Shown: piece after piece, positions 32,199 through 42,219 of the stretch
Position numbering within the stretch: the stretch's first letter is position 1
How the letters are laid out: each line of letters starts with the position of its first letter
NCBI GenBank assembly: GCA_963816395.1
Contig: CAWFKQ010000013.1
Location: 32,001 to 96,000, forward strand
Direction: 5' to 3'
Length of the DNA stretch: 64,000 nt
Source: an uncultured delta proteobacterium
GTDB lineage: Bacteria > Desulfobacterota > Desulfuromonadia > Desulfuromonadales > JACZKF01
Notes under the pieces: model-generated
What the model saw: only the letters and a program-made list of their open reading frames with translations
Database searches by the model: none
Told to the model about the DNA's origin: nothing
Translations under genes and position numbers: made by a program

Positions 32199-33557
32199 TC
32201 AGCGGAAACCGCAATGTTCCGTCAGCACGGTCATCCGCTCCGCCCGCGACCCTTGCCAGCGAGCCAGCAGGCGCTCGGCCAGGGTAACGCCGCTGTCGGC
32301 AATTTCGTACAAACCCTCCAGGAAAACCGTTTCATCCAGGCGGCCGGTCTCCTGCGCCTGCCGGCTCAGCCCGCCGCGGGCCAGGTCGAGAACCTCCCGG
32401 GCCGCCTCGCGCAGGGTGCGGCCCGCCAGCGGCGTTTTCAGCCCCAGGCGCCAGGACTGCCGGTAGAGTTCCTGCCGCTCTTCCTGGTCGCGGCAGGAGA
32501 AGAGGGCGCGGGCGCCTGCCCGGGCCTCCCGGTCGTAGAGAATCCCCTTGAGCAGCGCCGCCACCGCCATGCTCAGGGCGGGCGGCAGACTGTCGGCGCT
32601 GCGCACCTCGATCTGCGGCCGCAGCCGGGCTTCGGGAAAGAGGGTGGAAAGATGCAGGTCCCAGTCGCCGAGGGTGGCGCGCTGGTCGGCGTACCCTTCG
32701 GCGAGATAGCGGCGGAAGGGGAAGCGCTCGCCGGTCAGATCGATGAAGCGGCCGTCGCGGAGAATGAAATACATCGGCACATCGAGGGCGTAGTCGACAT
32801 AGGTGGCGAACCCCGCCCCCGGCCGGAAAATCTCCGGCAGCAGCCCGGTGCGCTCGGGGTCGGTTCGGGACCAGATTTCCCCGCGGGTGGAGAGAAAGCC
32901 GCTGGGCGCCCCGTCCAGCAGCGGCGAATTGGCGAACAGGGCATAGAGCAGGGGGGCCAGAAGCAGAGCCGTCTGCAGCTTGTCGATGCAGTCCGCCTCG
33001 TCCGCATAGTCGAGATTGACCTGCAGGCCGGCGGTCTGCTTCATCATCCGCTGACCCATGTCGCCGGTTCTCTGCATGTACGGCCCCATCACGCGATAGC
33101 GGGCCTTGGGCATCCAGTCGATCTGCTCCAGGGGGGTGAAGGGCTGCACCCCCAGGCCGAGAAAAACCAGCCCCAGCGGCTCGGCGGCCTGCAGGATGCT
33201 GGCGACGTGATGGGAAAAATCGCTGGCGCAGCAATGTACGTCGCTGCAGAGCCGGCCCGAAAGTTCGAGCTGCCCCCCCGGTTCCAGGGTGATCGAGGAA
33301 TCCTCCCCCAGCAGGGCGATCAGGCGCCCCTCCTCGCGGACGCTGCGCCAGCCGCTGCCGGCTTCCAGCCGCTGCAGCAGCTCTTCGATGCGGGAGAAGG
33401 ACGCCGCCTCGCCGCTGGCGGCATCGACCACCAGCTTCTCCAGTTCGACGCCGATTCCCCAACGTTCCGGGGGGCGGGCGCCACGGGCCAGATAATCGAT
33501 CAGATCCTGGTGGGAACGGACCGGTACCTCCAGGTTGGGTTTTACCAGGGTCGTCAT
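32199..33557 (-). CDS. gshA: Glutamate--cysteine ligase (plant/alphaproteobacterial GCS2 type)
   Basis: IGVELEK, ITLEPGGQLELSG, MPKARY, QVNLDY, ALFANSP, DVPMYF, HLSTLFPEARL, IEVRSAD. Confidence 0.9.
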   Translation of the reverse strand: MTTLVKPNLEVPVRSHQDLIDYLARGARPPERWGIGVELEKLVVDAASGEAASFSRIEELLQRLEAGSGWRSVREEGRLIALLGEDSSITLEPGGQLELSGRLCSDVHCCASDFSHHVASILQAAEPLGLVFLGLGVQPFTPLEQIDWMPKARYRVMGPYMQRTGDMGQRMMKQTAGLQVNLDYADEADCIDKLQTALLLAPLLYALFANSPLLDGAPSGFLSTRGEIWSRTDPERTGLLPEIFRPGAGFATYVDYALDVPMYFILRDGRFIDLTGERFPFRRYLAEGYADQRATLGDWDLHLSTLFPEARLRPQIEVRSADSLPPALSMAVAALLKGILYDREARAGARALFSCRDQEERQELYRQSWRLGLKTPLAGRTLREAAREVLDLARGGLSRQAQETGRLDETVFLEGLYEIADSGVTLAERLLARWQGSRAERMTVLTEHCGFR

Positions 33558-33642
33558 GATAGAAGAATACCATTCGGCCGCAGACCAGACGGATCGGCCG
33601 ATCCGCAGGATCCGACGTTGGCCGGTTCCGAGGCTGGAAGGT

Positions 33643-34949
33643 TCAGGACCCCAGATAGGCGGTGATCGCCTCGCCGATGGTCTGGAAGATCTTGGTGAAT
33701 TCCCGCTCGTCCCGCTCCAGCAGGGTGATGCGGAAACCGAGCTCCGGGGTGCAGAAGGAAGAGATCGGTACCACGCAGATGCCGGTGGCAGCAAGCAGAT
33801 AATAGACAAAACGTTTGTCCAGGGAGACTCCCGGCTGGTTGACCAGCCCTTCCACCAGCGCCCGCACTTCCTGGTTGTCGATCGGCAGGCTCTGGCGCTC
33901 GGTCAGCTTGCCCCGCTTCGAAAACCACGGACATATAGAAGGCGCCGTTGGTGCGGTTCACCTTGATCCCCGCAACCTTCCGCAGCAGATCGTAGGCGAT
34001 ATTGGAGAACTTCTCGTAGCGGCTCTTGCGCTCCTCCAGGTAGACCGGGTATTGCGGGTGGCTGAGGATCTGCGGGATGGCCTTCTGCGGCAGGGTGGTG
34101 GAGCAGACCTCGACCATTTTCGAATCCAGGATGCTCTGGGCATAACGCTTGAACATCGGGTCCTTGTCGGCATTGTAGATCTCGATCCAGCCGCAGCGGG
34201 CGCCGGGCCAGGGCGCCTCCTTGCTGATCCCCTTCATGGCGATGCGCCGGCACATCGCCGATCAGGTCGGAGATGGGCTTGGTCGATTGGCCGTTGTAGA
34301 CAATGTTGTGGTAGATCTCATCGCAGATGACGAAGAGGTCGAATTCCCTGGCGATCGCCACCATCTCCCGCAGGATGCGCTCGGGGTAGACGGCGCCGGT
34401 GGGGTTGTCGGGGTTGATGATGAGGATGCCGGAGATGGCCGGGTTGTACTTAATCGACAGGCGCAGATCGTCGAGGTCGGGATACCAGTTGTTGTCCGGG
34501 TCGAGGCGGTAGGAAATCGGCTTTTGCCCGGCATGCGCCGCCTCGCCGGAGGAGTGGGTGCTGTAGGTGGGGGAGGGGCCGATGACCCGCGCCTCACGCC
34601 GCAACATGCCATACACCTTCTGGATGGCATCGCCGAGACCATTGAAGAAGATGATGTCGTCCGCGGTGATCTGGGTTTTGCCTCGTCGGTTGGTCATCTC
34701 GGCCAGAAACTGGCGGGTCTCCAGCACTCCGCGGGTGGGGCAATAGCCGTAGGAGCAGTCCTGCATCGCCAGATCGGCAACGATCTTCTTCATCCACGAG
34801 GGGATTTTTTCCCCCTTGGCCACCGGGTCGCCGATATTCTCCATGTTGGTCTTGATGCCGAGGATCTGCAGCTTGTCGGCGATCTCGACGATGGCCCGGA
34901 TCTCGTAAGTCAGCTCCCCCGCCCCGATGTGCACGATGTTGTTGCGCAT
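33643..34949 (-). CDS. PLP-dependent class I/II aminotransferase, AlaA (YfbQ)-like alanine transaminase (frameshifts near 34250 and 33905)
   Basis: YEIR, NIGDP, GYC, INPDNPTGAVY, DEIY, SKEAPWPGARCGW (PLP Lys), GAFY, FRITLL; N-terminus resembles AlaA (YDIR, NIGNP, GYC). Confidence 0.85.
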
Positions 34950-34996
34950 ACCTTTCAAGCTCCCTGGAAATAGCCGCCGCCGGAGCGGCTGGATAT

Positions 34997-35028
34997 AAAA
35001 AGGCCATGGGCGCTCTGCCCATGGCCTT
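34997..35028 (-). terminator. Attenuator terminator in the 5' leader of the aminotransferase
   Basis: Minus strand AGGCCATGGGC-agagc-GCCCATGGCCT-TTTT, ~48 nt before the ATG. Confidence 0.85.
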
Positions 35029-35050
35029 CAATCCGAAGAATCGACGGGGA

Positions 35051-35161
35051 TCAGCAGGCTGTCCCCTGGCAATGGGCAGGACTCAGGCAGGCGGCCGCAG
35101 CCGCGGTGATAGCTCGGGCTGGCGAAAAATGGCTCATTTTTGGATAGCTGCCGAGGGACAT
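35051..35161 (-). CDS. Ala-rich leader peptide (putative attenuator peptide; not in ORF track)
   Basis: GGGAG RBS; MSLGSYPKMSHFSPARAITAAAAACLSPAHCQGTAC* (alternative start 35137). Confidence 0.65.
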   Translation of the reverse strand: MSLGSYPKMSHFSPARAITAAAAACLSPAHCQGTAC

Positions 35162-35185
35162 GCCCATCTCCCATGTTCGGATTTG

Positions 35186-35213
35186 AGTATCATATCGGGC
35201 GAACGGATGTCAA
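35186..35213 (-). promoter_or_regulatory. Sigma70 promoter for leader/aminotransferase
   Basis: TTGACA(35213-35208)-N16-GATACT on minus strand. Confidence 0.6.
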
Positions 35214-35335
35214 CGGCAAAAATCCCCCTGCACTAACCGTCAGCGGCGGAAAAAGCCTTCTACTCCCGGCAGTTCTCTGTTAAGGTGAGGTGTCTTCGGG
35301 TTCCTGTGATGCAATATATTTTCCCCGTGCGGCCG

Positions 35336-36952
35336 ATGTCCTGGAAAGCGTCCCCTGTCCTGTTCTGCACCATCTGCCTCCTGCTCCTGCTGCCGTGGGC
35401 CGGCCCGCCCGGCGCGACGGCCACCGAATGGGTCGGTCCATTCCGCCGGCGGGCGCACCCGTTTCCCAGGCCGAATTCCATTGGCCGGCAGCGGAGCCGG
35501 ATGCCACCTCCCTTGACCTGCAGGCCTCCTCCGGCCCGGCAGTCCGCGCCGCCCTCCTTCGATTTCGGCAACTACCAGATGGTCGGCCGCAACGGTCCCT
35601 TCCGGCTGACCGTCGGTCGGCAGGACCTGGCGGAGCACAGTCTGATTCTGGGCAATCTTCTCCGGCGCGGCTTTTCCGTGAGCCTGCAGGGGGGGGAGCA
35701 GCCTTCGGCCCTGACCGGCTTCGTCCTGCGCACCGCTGCCGAAACGGGAGAAAGTCTCGGCCTGGAAGACCCGGATAACCGGCTGGCGGGGGTGCTGGGG
35801 GAGATGCGTCCGCTGGCCGGCGAGGTGGCCGTCCTCCACCTGACGGCCGGTTATCTCGCCGGCCGTGGGCCCGGGCGCCGGTTACGGACCGGCCCGGGGC
35901 GAAGCCTGGAGCCTGGCCGCAGAAGCCGGGCTCTGGCAGAACCTGCAGGTGCGGGGGGAAATCGCCGGTTCCGGCTACGATCCCGATGACCCGGGGCAGG
36001 GGCCGAAGAGCGGCCTGGCAACCACTTTCCTGATCAACTACCACTCGCTTCCGAACCCGGCGGACCGCTCCGCGCTCTTCTGGCAGCTGGGAATGGAAGA
36101 CCGCCGGGTCGATCCCCTCTTCCACAGCCTGGGCAATCCGGGCCTGGCGGTCGACCTGGAGCAGCTCCGGCTGTTCGGCGGGGTGCGGCGAAGCGGAGCG
36201 AACCTGGATTTTTCCCTGACCCGGGAGAGAAACAATCTGGCGGACTCCCCCCGGCAGCCGACCTGGCGCGCCTGGCGCTACCACCTGCAGCTCGATTACG
36301 CAGCCGGCAAGCCGCTTGCCGCCGCCCCCCTGGCCCGTCTCGGTACCCCCGGCGTAAAGCTGGTTTTCACCGGCCTGCGGCGGCAACCGCTGGCCATCCC
36401 CGAGGATTTCTACCTCGGTTACCCGATCGACTGCAGCTCGCGTCAGCTGCAACTGCAGGCTGTTTTCCGGCACCCCCGCTGGAACTGGGGCATCGGCGGC
36501 GTCTCTGCGCGGCTTCCAGGATCATGCCGGCGGCTTCGATGACAGCCGCACCCGCAGCATCGATCTGCATGCCGAAGTGCCGCTTCGGTCCCCGGTTGGT
36601 GGTCGTACCGATGTTGCGCCGCCGCTGGATCGAAGATCTGACCTCCGGCGAGGAGAGTGCCCACACCGGCCTGGAGCTGAACGGCAGGCTGGCGCTCATC
36701 CACCGGCGGCTGACCGGCCGCTGGCACCTTGGCCTGGACCTGAATGACTCCTCGGTCCAGCCTGGCTGACCGCACCGCCGCGGCCAGCGGTGAGCTGATC
36801 TATCAATGGCGGCGGCCCCGGGACGCCCATCCCGGCTTTGACCTCTCGCTCAGCGGCAACTTGCTGGAACGCGACGGTGAACTCACCCCGCCTGCCGAGG
36901 GGGGAATTACCGGATCTTCCTGGCCCTGACCATGCGCCTGCCCAGCGCCTGA
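35336..36952 (+). CDS. Hypothetical exported protein, possibly outer-membrane beta-barrel (multiple frameshifts)
   Basis: Signal peptide-like N-terminus; alternating beta-strand-like segments across 3 frames; RRVDPLFHSLGNPGL; ends YRIFLALTMRLPSA*. Confidence 0.5.
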
Positions 36953-36990
36953 GGCGGTCGCTCCGTCCTCCTCCTGATCTCGCCTGATTG

Positions 36991-37530
36991 TCAATCGATC
37001 CGTACGAAGGGGAAGCGCTCGAACATATCCCGGGTGAGCAGGCCGAGGCCGCCCCGGTCGCCGACCGTTTCCACCGCCACCACCACCTCCGGCTCGGCGA
37101 AATCGATCTGCGCCGTCTCTTCGCGCCGGGCCAGTTTTTCCAAAATGAAGGCGTCGATCGCCCGCTCGGCTTCCGGGGAAATGATCTCCCCCTTGTGGCC
37201 GCGCCTCTCCAGGCGCACATGGAAGCGGCGGCCGGCCAGGCGATCGAGGTAAGGGAGGATTTCCAGCTGCAGCCGATCGAGGAAATCCTCCACGGTGAAG
37301 ACGAAGGTGCGATCGATCGGCACGATCCGTCCCAGGTCCTGAAAGGCGGTCAGCCGTTTTGTCCGCTCGGCCAGCACCGCCTCCAGAAAGCCCTGCCGAT
37401 CTTCCACCCGGCCCAGGATCACCCCCAGAAACTCGGTTCGACGAAAATCCCCCAGGCGCCCCAGTTCTTCCAGCAGGCGCCGGTAACGGCCATCACTGGC
37501 CAGGGTGGCGACGGTGTTGAACTCCCACAT
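36991..37530 (-). CDS. THUMP-domain protein
   Basis: FHVRLERRGHKG, IDFAEPEVVVAVETVG; RBS AGGAGG. Confidence 0.75.
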   Translation of the reverse strand: MWEFNTVATLASDGRYRRLLEELGRLGDFRRTEFLGVILGRVEDRQGFLEAVLAERTKRLTAFQDLGRIVPIDRTFVFTVEDFLDRLQLEILPYLDRLAGRRFHVRLERRGHKGEIISPEAERAIDAFILEKLARREETAQIDFAEPEVVVAVETVGDRGGLGLLTRDMFERFPFVRID

Positions 37531-37752
37531 GGCCCCTCCTTGCTACTCCGCAGTTTCCGGATGGGACCAGTCTAGCCGACCCGCAGTTGATAGCAAGATT
37601 GCCGAGCGCGAGATGATCTCGAGGGCAGATAAGCGGGGAAGATTCAGGGCATGCGGGGCAGAGGAGTGAGCAGGGGACGCAGCGGTCGGAGAAAAGGGAG
37701 AGAGGAAAAAACGGCGCCGACCGCTTGCAGCGGCCGGCGCCGAGGAGTTCAA

Positions 37753-39938
37753 TCAGTTGACTACGGCCTGGCCGATGGTCGCCGGCTTGTGGGCCGGGTG
37801 CAGGGCAAACTGACCGGAGACGATATCCGCCAGGACGGCGACCGCCTCGCCGGTATAGGGGTCTTTCTGCACCCTCTTCTCCCAGGCGAGCTGTTTTTCC
37901 TCTTCGCTGAGGCGCTTGCCCGGCTTATCACCGTCCTCCCCCGACATGGCGCCGTGACCGGATCAGGCCGGTATTTTCCGCCAGTTTTTTGGCTTCGGCC
38001 CGCTCCCGGCGCATTTCCCCGATGTCCAGGATCTGCAGGGTCTGTTCGGTCTTGGCTTTTCGCCAGGTCGGCCTCGGTGGTGATCTCATGGAATTTCTCG
38101 CTGGCCGCCACCCGCTGCCGGCTGCGGCTTTCGATCAGCGACAGGTCGGTGTTGTCCAGCCCCGTCCAGTGGCTGAACCGGGTCGGCGCGATCTTGTCCC
38201 AGGGGAGGGAATAGTCGAGGAACTTCTCGCCTGTTTTCAGGTACTCCAGGCGGTCGGGCAGAACGATATCCGGCACCACTCCGCGGTACTGGGTCGATTC
38301 GCCGCTGATCCGGTAGAACTTCTGGGTGGTCATTTTCAGCGCCCCCAGCGGCTTGTACTGTTCCATGTTGCGGAAGGGGATGGTGCGGTCGAGATCGATG
38401 ATCGCCTGCACCGTCCCCTTGCCGTGGGTGTGGGCGCCGCCCATGACCAGCGCCCGCCCGTAATCCTGCAGGGCGCCGGCGAGGATTTCCGAGGCGGAGG
38501 CGCTGAACTGGTTGACCAGCACCACCATCGGCCCGCTGTACTCGATGGCCGGGTCGTCGTCGGCCAGCACCTGGGTGCGTCCGTCGCTGGCCCGCACCTG
38601 CACCACCGGGCCGGTCTTGATGAACAGCCCGGCGATGCCGACCGCATCGGTCAGGGCGCCGCCGCCGTTGTCGCGCAGATCGAGAACCAGCCCGTCGATC
38701 TTCTCGGTCTTCAGCTTTCGCAGTTCGGCCGGCATGTCATCGGTGACATTGCGGCCGGTGCCCCCCTCGCCCGGCGCTGCTGAAATCCCGGTAGAAGGAC
38801 GGGAACATAGATGTAGCCGTATTTATGGCCGGTCGGCGGATCGGTCAGCACCGATCGACTTGACGAAGGTCTCCTCGATCTGCACCACATCGCGGACGAT
38901 GGGGATCACCAGGGACAATGCCGTTCGGCTTTTTCACCGTCAGGCGCACCTCGGTCCCCTTCTTGCCGCGGATCAGGCTGACCGCATCGCGGATGCGGGT
39001 ATCGGTGATATCGACCGTCTCCCCATCCTTTTCCGCCACCTTCAGGATGACGTCCTCCGGCCTGCAACTGTCCCTGCCGGTAGGCGGGGCTGCCGGGAAT
39101 GACCGACACCACCTTGATGTAGCCGTCATCCTCGCGCAGGGTGGCGCCGATCCCTTCCAGGGAGCCGCTCATGCCGATCTCGAAATCTTCCTGCTGAGTG
39201 GGCGGCAGGTAGTCGGTATGCGGATCGAAGGTGTGGGCGACGGCGTTGAAATAGACAATCGTCGAAATCCTGCTCCTTCTCCTCCAGCAGCCGGTCGAAA
39301 ATATTGTCAAGGTTCTTCAGCACCTTCTCCCTCGCCGTCCGCTGCCGCTCGGCCGGGGTGACGCTCGCCGTCGCGCCGTCCTTGGCCGGCGCCGCCTCGT
39401 CCTCCTCCAGGTTCAGGTAACGGTTCATGACCTGGTACTTGAGGGTGAGCCGCCAGCGTTCCCGCAACTCCTGCAGGCTGGCGCAGAAATCGAGCTTCTC
39501 CGGATCGGTTTCGAACTGTTCCTTGTGGTTGAAATCGAAATTGGTCGCCAGCAGGCTGTGGACCATGTCCCGGACCTGCTGCACCCGCTTGCGCTGGATG
39601 GCGGCGCTGACCGCCGGCAGCTCCAGGACGCCCTGGTTGAGCTCGTCATCGATCTTGGTGGCGAATTGCTGCAGGCGGGCCACGTCCTGCTTCAGCAGAA
39701 ACCGCTTCTGGGAATCGAGCTGCTTCAGGTAAAGACCGAAGGCGGCTTTCGACAGGGTGTCGTCCACTGCCTTGGGCTGGTAGTGGTTGGTGGTCAGTTG
39801 CTGCCGGAGCAGGTAACTGAGGAGCTTGTCCCGACGGAGGTTGAAGTCGCTGCCGTTTTGCAGGGCCAGGGCAGGGCCGGCCAAGAAGCCAATAAGCAGC
39901 AGGGCGATAGCCAGATAGTTTCTGAACCGAATCATCAT
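37753..39938 (-). CDS. prc: Carboxy-terminal processing (tail-specific) protease, S41 (several frameshifts)
   Basis: FDPHTDYL, GIGATL, PDZ, DLRDNGGGAL, SASASEILAGALQDYGRA, THGKGTVQ, KFYRISGESTQ. Confidence 0.92.
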
Positions 39939-40194
39939 GGTGGGTTTCGGCGGCCGGGGAAGGTATTGTTTCCGGCCCGTCATCTCCTTTTTGGGGATTG
40001 GTGATCGGCAATCATCCCCCGGGCCGCATCCCGGGAGGGAGCGCAGGGAAAAAGGCCATAAGCATCCTACCATAAGTGCTGGTCCTCGGGTCAATACCCG
40101 CACAGGCGAAAGTTGTTGTCGGATCTGGCAAATCAGCGCACGGCCATTAAACTGTAAGGGAAAAATCCGCTGTCCACCGGAAAGGAGCAAACGC

Positions 40195-41697
40195 ATGCGG
40201 CTGCCGCCTTCAGTCAAGAACTGGATCTCCCTCGCGGGGGCTACCGTCGCCCTGATCAGCCTGTTCATGATCGCCTTCCTCTTCGCCGTGACGGTTTTTT
40301 TCGGCACCAAAGCAGCCTATCTGGGGCTGGTCGTCTATATCCTGCTGCCGGGGGTGATGCTTGCCGGTCTTTTCCTGATTCCCATCGGCATGTGGCTCGA
40401 GGTGCGCCGTGAGCACCGGGAGGGGACGATTCCGCCACCGGGATGGCCGCGCATCGACCTGAATGAACCGCATTATCGCAACGCCGCCTTCATCTTCGTC
40501 GTCGGCACCAGCATTCTCCTGTTCATTTCCGCCATCGGCAGCTATGAGGCTTTCCATTATACCGAATCCGTGGCTTTTTGCGGCACCCTCTGTCATGCCG
40601 TGATGGAGCCCGAATACGTCGCCCATCAGAATTCCTCCCACGCTCGGGTCGCCTGCGTCGAATGCCACGTGGGGCCGGGGGCGGACTGGTACGTGCGCTC
40701 CAAGCTCTCCGGTCTCTATCAGGTCTATGCCGTCACGGCGGACGTCTATCCGCGGCCGATTCCCACCCCGATAGAGAATCTGCGCCCGGCCCGGGCGGTC
40801 TGTGAGCAGTGTCACTGGCCGCAGAAGTTCTATGCCTACCAGTACCGGGTGCTGACGCATTATCTGCCGCAGCCGGACAATCCCCGCTGGGATATCGGCC
40901 TGACCCTGAAGATCGGCGCGCCGCACGCGGCCACCGGCTACCGGGAGGGGATTCACTGGCACATCAATCCCCAGGTGCGCGTGGAATATTTCCCGGCCAG
41001 CGAGGATCGCCAGAAGATCATCTGGGTGCGCTACACCAATCTCGCTACCGGCCAGGTGAAGATCTTCACCCAGGAAGGCAAGGGGCCGGAGGCCACCGGG
41101 GAAACCGGGGTGCGGGTGATGGACTGCATCGACTGCCACAACCGTCCCTCGCATAATTACCGGGCGCCGAACCAGTTCGTCGATGCCGCCATGGCCGAGG
41201 GGAGCATCCCCCGCGACCTGCCGGGGATCAATGCCCTGGCGGTGGAGCTGTGCGGCAAGGAATACCCCGACCGGGCGGCGGCGCTGACCGCCCTGCAGCA
41301 GGGGATCGAGAGCTACTACCGGGAAAAGCAGCCGCAGATCTGGCAAGGGCGCCGGGACGATGTGAGCAAGGCGGTGGCCGGGCTGCAGGCGGTTTTTGCG
41401 AAGAACATCTTCCCCTACATGCGGGCCCGCTGGAGCGCCTACCCGGAGAATATCGGCCATCTGGATTTCCCCGGCTGCTTCCGCTGCCACAACAACCAGC
41501 ACAAGACCGCCGACGGGGAGGCGATCCGCATGGACTGCGATCTGTGCCACGAGATCAGCAGCCAGGGGCCGCCGGAAAAGCTGCAGCGCGCCCCGGCCGG
41601 CGAGACGTTGGAGTTCCAGCACCCGGTGGACATCGGCGGGGCCTGGCGGGAGACGCTGTGCTCGGATTGCCACAACGGGCTGACGCCGGAGTTCTAG
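40195..41697 (+). CDS. Inner-membrane multiheme cytochrome c with NapC/NirT domain, ImcH-like
   Basis: 3 N-terminal TM segments; CGTLCH (CX3CH) + CVECH, CEQCH, CIDCH, CFRCH, CDLCH, CSDCH. Confidence 0.88.
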   Translation: MRLPPSVKNWISLAGATVALISLFMIAFLFAVTVFFGTKAAYLGLVVYILLPGVMLAGLFLIPIGMWLEVRREHREGTIPPPGWPRIDLNEPHYRNAAFIFVVGTSILLFISAIGSYEAFHYTESVAFCGTLCHAVMEPEYVAHQNSSHARVACVECHVGPGADWYVRSKLSGLYQVYAVTADVYPRPIPTPIENLRPARAVCEQCHWPQKFYAYQYRVLTHYLPQPDNPRWDIGLTLKIGAPHAATGYREGIHWHINPQVRVEYFPASEDRQKIIWVRYTNLATGQVKIFTQEGKGPEATGETGVRVMDCIDCHNRPSHNYRAPNQFVDAAMAEGSIPRDLPGINALAVELCGKEYPDRAAALTALQQGIESYYREKQPQIWQGRRDDVSKAVAGLQAVFAKNIFPYMRARWSAYPENIGHLDFPGCFRCHNNQHKTADGEAIRMDCDLCHEISSQGPPEKLQRAPAGETLEFQHPVDIGGAWRETLCSDCHNGLTPEF

Positions 41698-41720
41698 GAT
41701 TTGTCCGAATGACGGCTGCG

Positions 41721-42096
41721 CCGCGGGGCTGCGTCCCTGCATGCAGGTTCAGAGTTTAAGACCGCGGGGCTGCGCCCCTGCGCCCTGTCAAGACCGCGGG
41801 GCTGCGCCCCTGCACCCTGCCAGGACCGCGGGCGCTGCGCCCCGCACCCCGCGTCACTTTCTTTTATAATCCGCCTAAAAGAAAGTAACCAAAGAAAACG
41901 GCGGCCCCTGCCGGGGAGGACTCCTGTCGCGCGGGCTCTCGACTCTGATTAGCGGCGCTGCGGATAACGAGGGCAGTACTTCGTGGAAACTAAAGCTTTT
42001 TGACCGCTGACGCGGTTCCCTTTCGCGAGGGGGCGAGTTGGCAATGGAGCTATGACTGTCCCGTAGTTTCCTTGAACCTTGAACCTTGAACCTTGC
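41721..42096. repeat. Composite structured intergenic element (32-bp tandem hairpins, long A/T stem, 7-mer arms)
   Basis: 3x AAGACCGCGGGGCTGCGCCCCTGCRCCCTGYC from 41758; GTCACTTTCTTTTA..TAAAAGAAAGTAAC stem; CTTGAAC x3 at 42071. Confidence 0.8.
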
Positions 42097-42105
42097 TGGC
42101 CGTTC

Positions 42106-42204
42106 CTACAGGCGCCCGGTCTTCTTCAACAGCCATCCGGCTACCAGCCAGGTGAGCAGCAGGATGGCGAACCAGGCGACGATCAGGGCTACTTTGGTGA
42201 GCAC
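42106..42204 (-). CDS. 32-aa single-TM protein, candidate small bd-oxidase subunit (not in ORF track)
   Basis: GAGAGGG RBS, GTG start; MLTKVALIVAWFAILLLTWLVAGWLLKKTGRL*. Confidence 0.75.
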   Translation of the reverse strand: MLTKVALIVAWFAILLLTWLVAGWLLKKTGRL

Positions 42205-42219
42205 GAGTCCCTCTCTTTC

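Noticed and set aside
40126..40141. Sigma54 promoter upstream of the imcH-like gene (TGGCA...GCA)
   Set aside because: GG-to-GC spacing is one base short of the -24/-12 requirement.
41758..41853. 32-bp palindromic repeats as a CRISPR array
   Set aside because: Units are head-to-tail with no unique spacers, and no cas genes are in the window.
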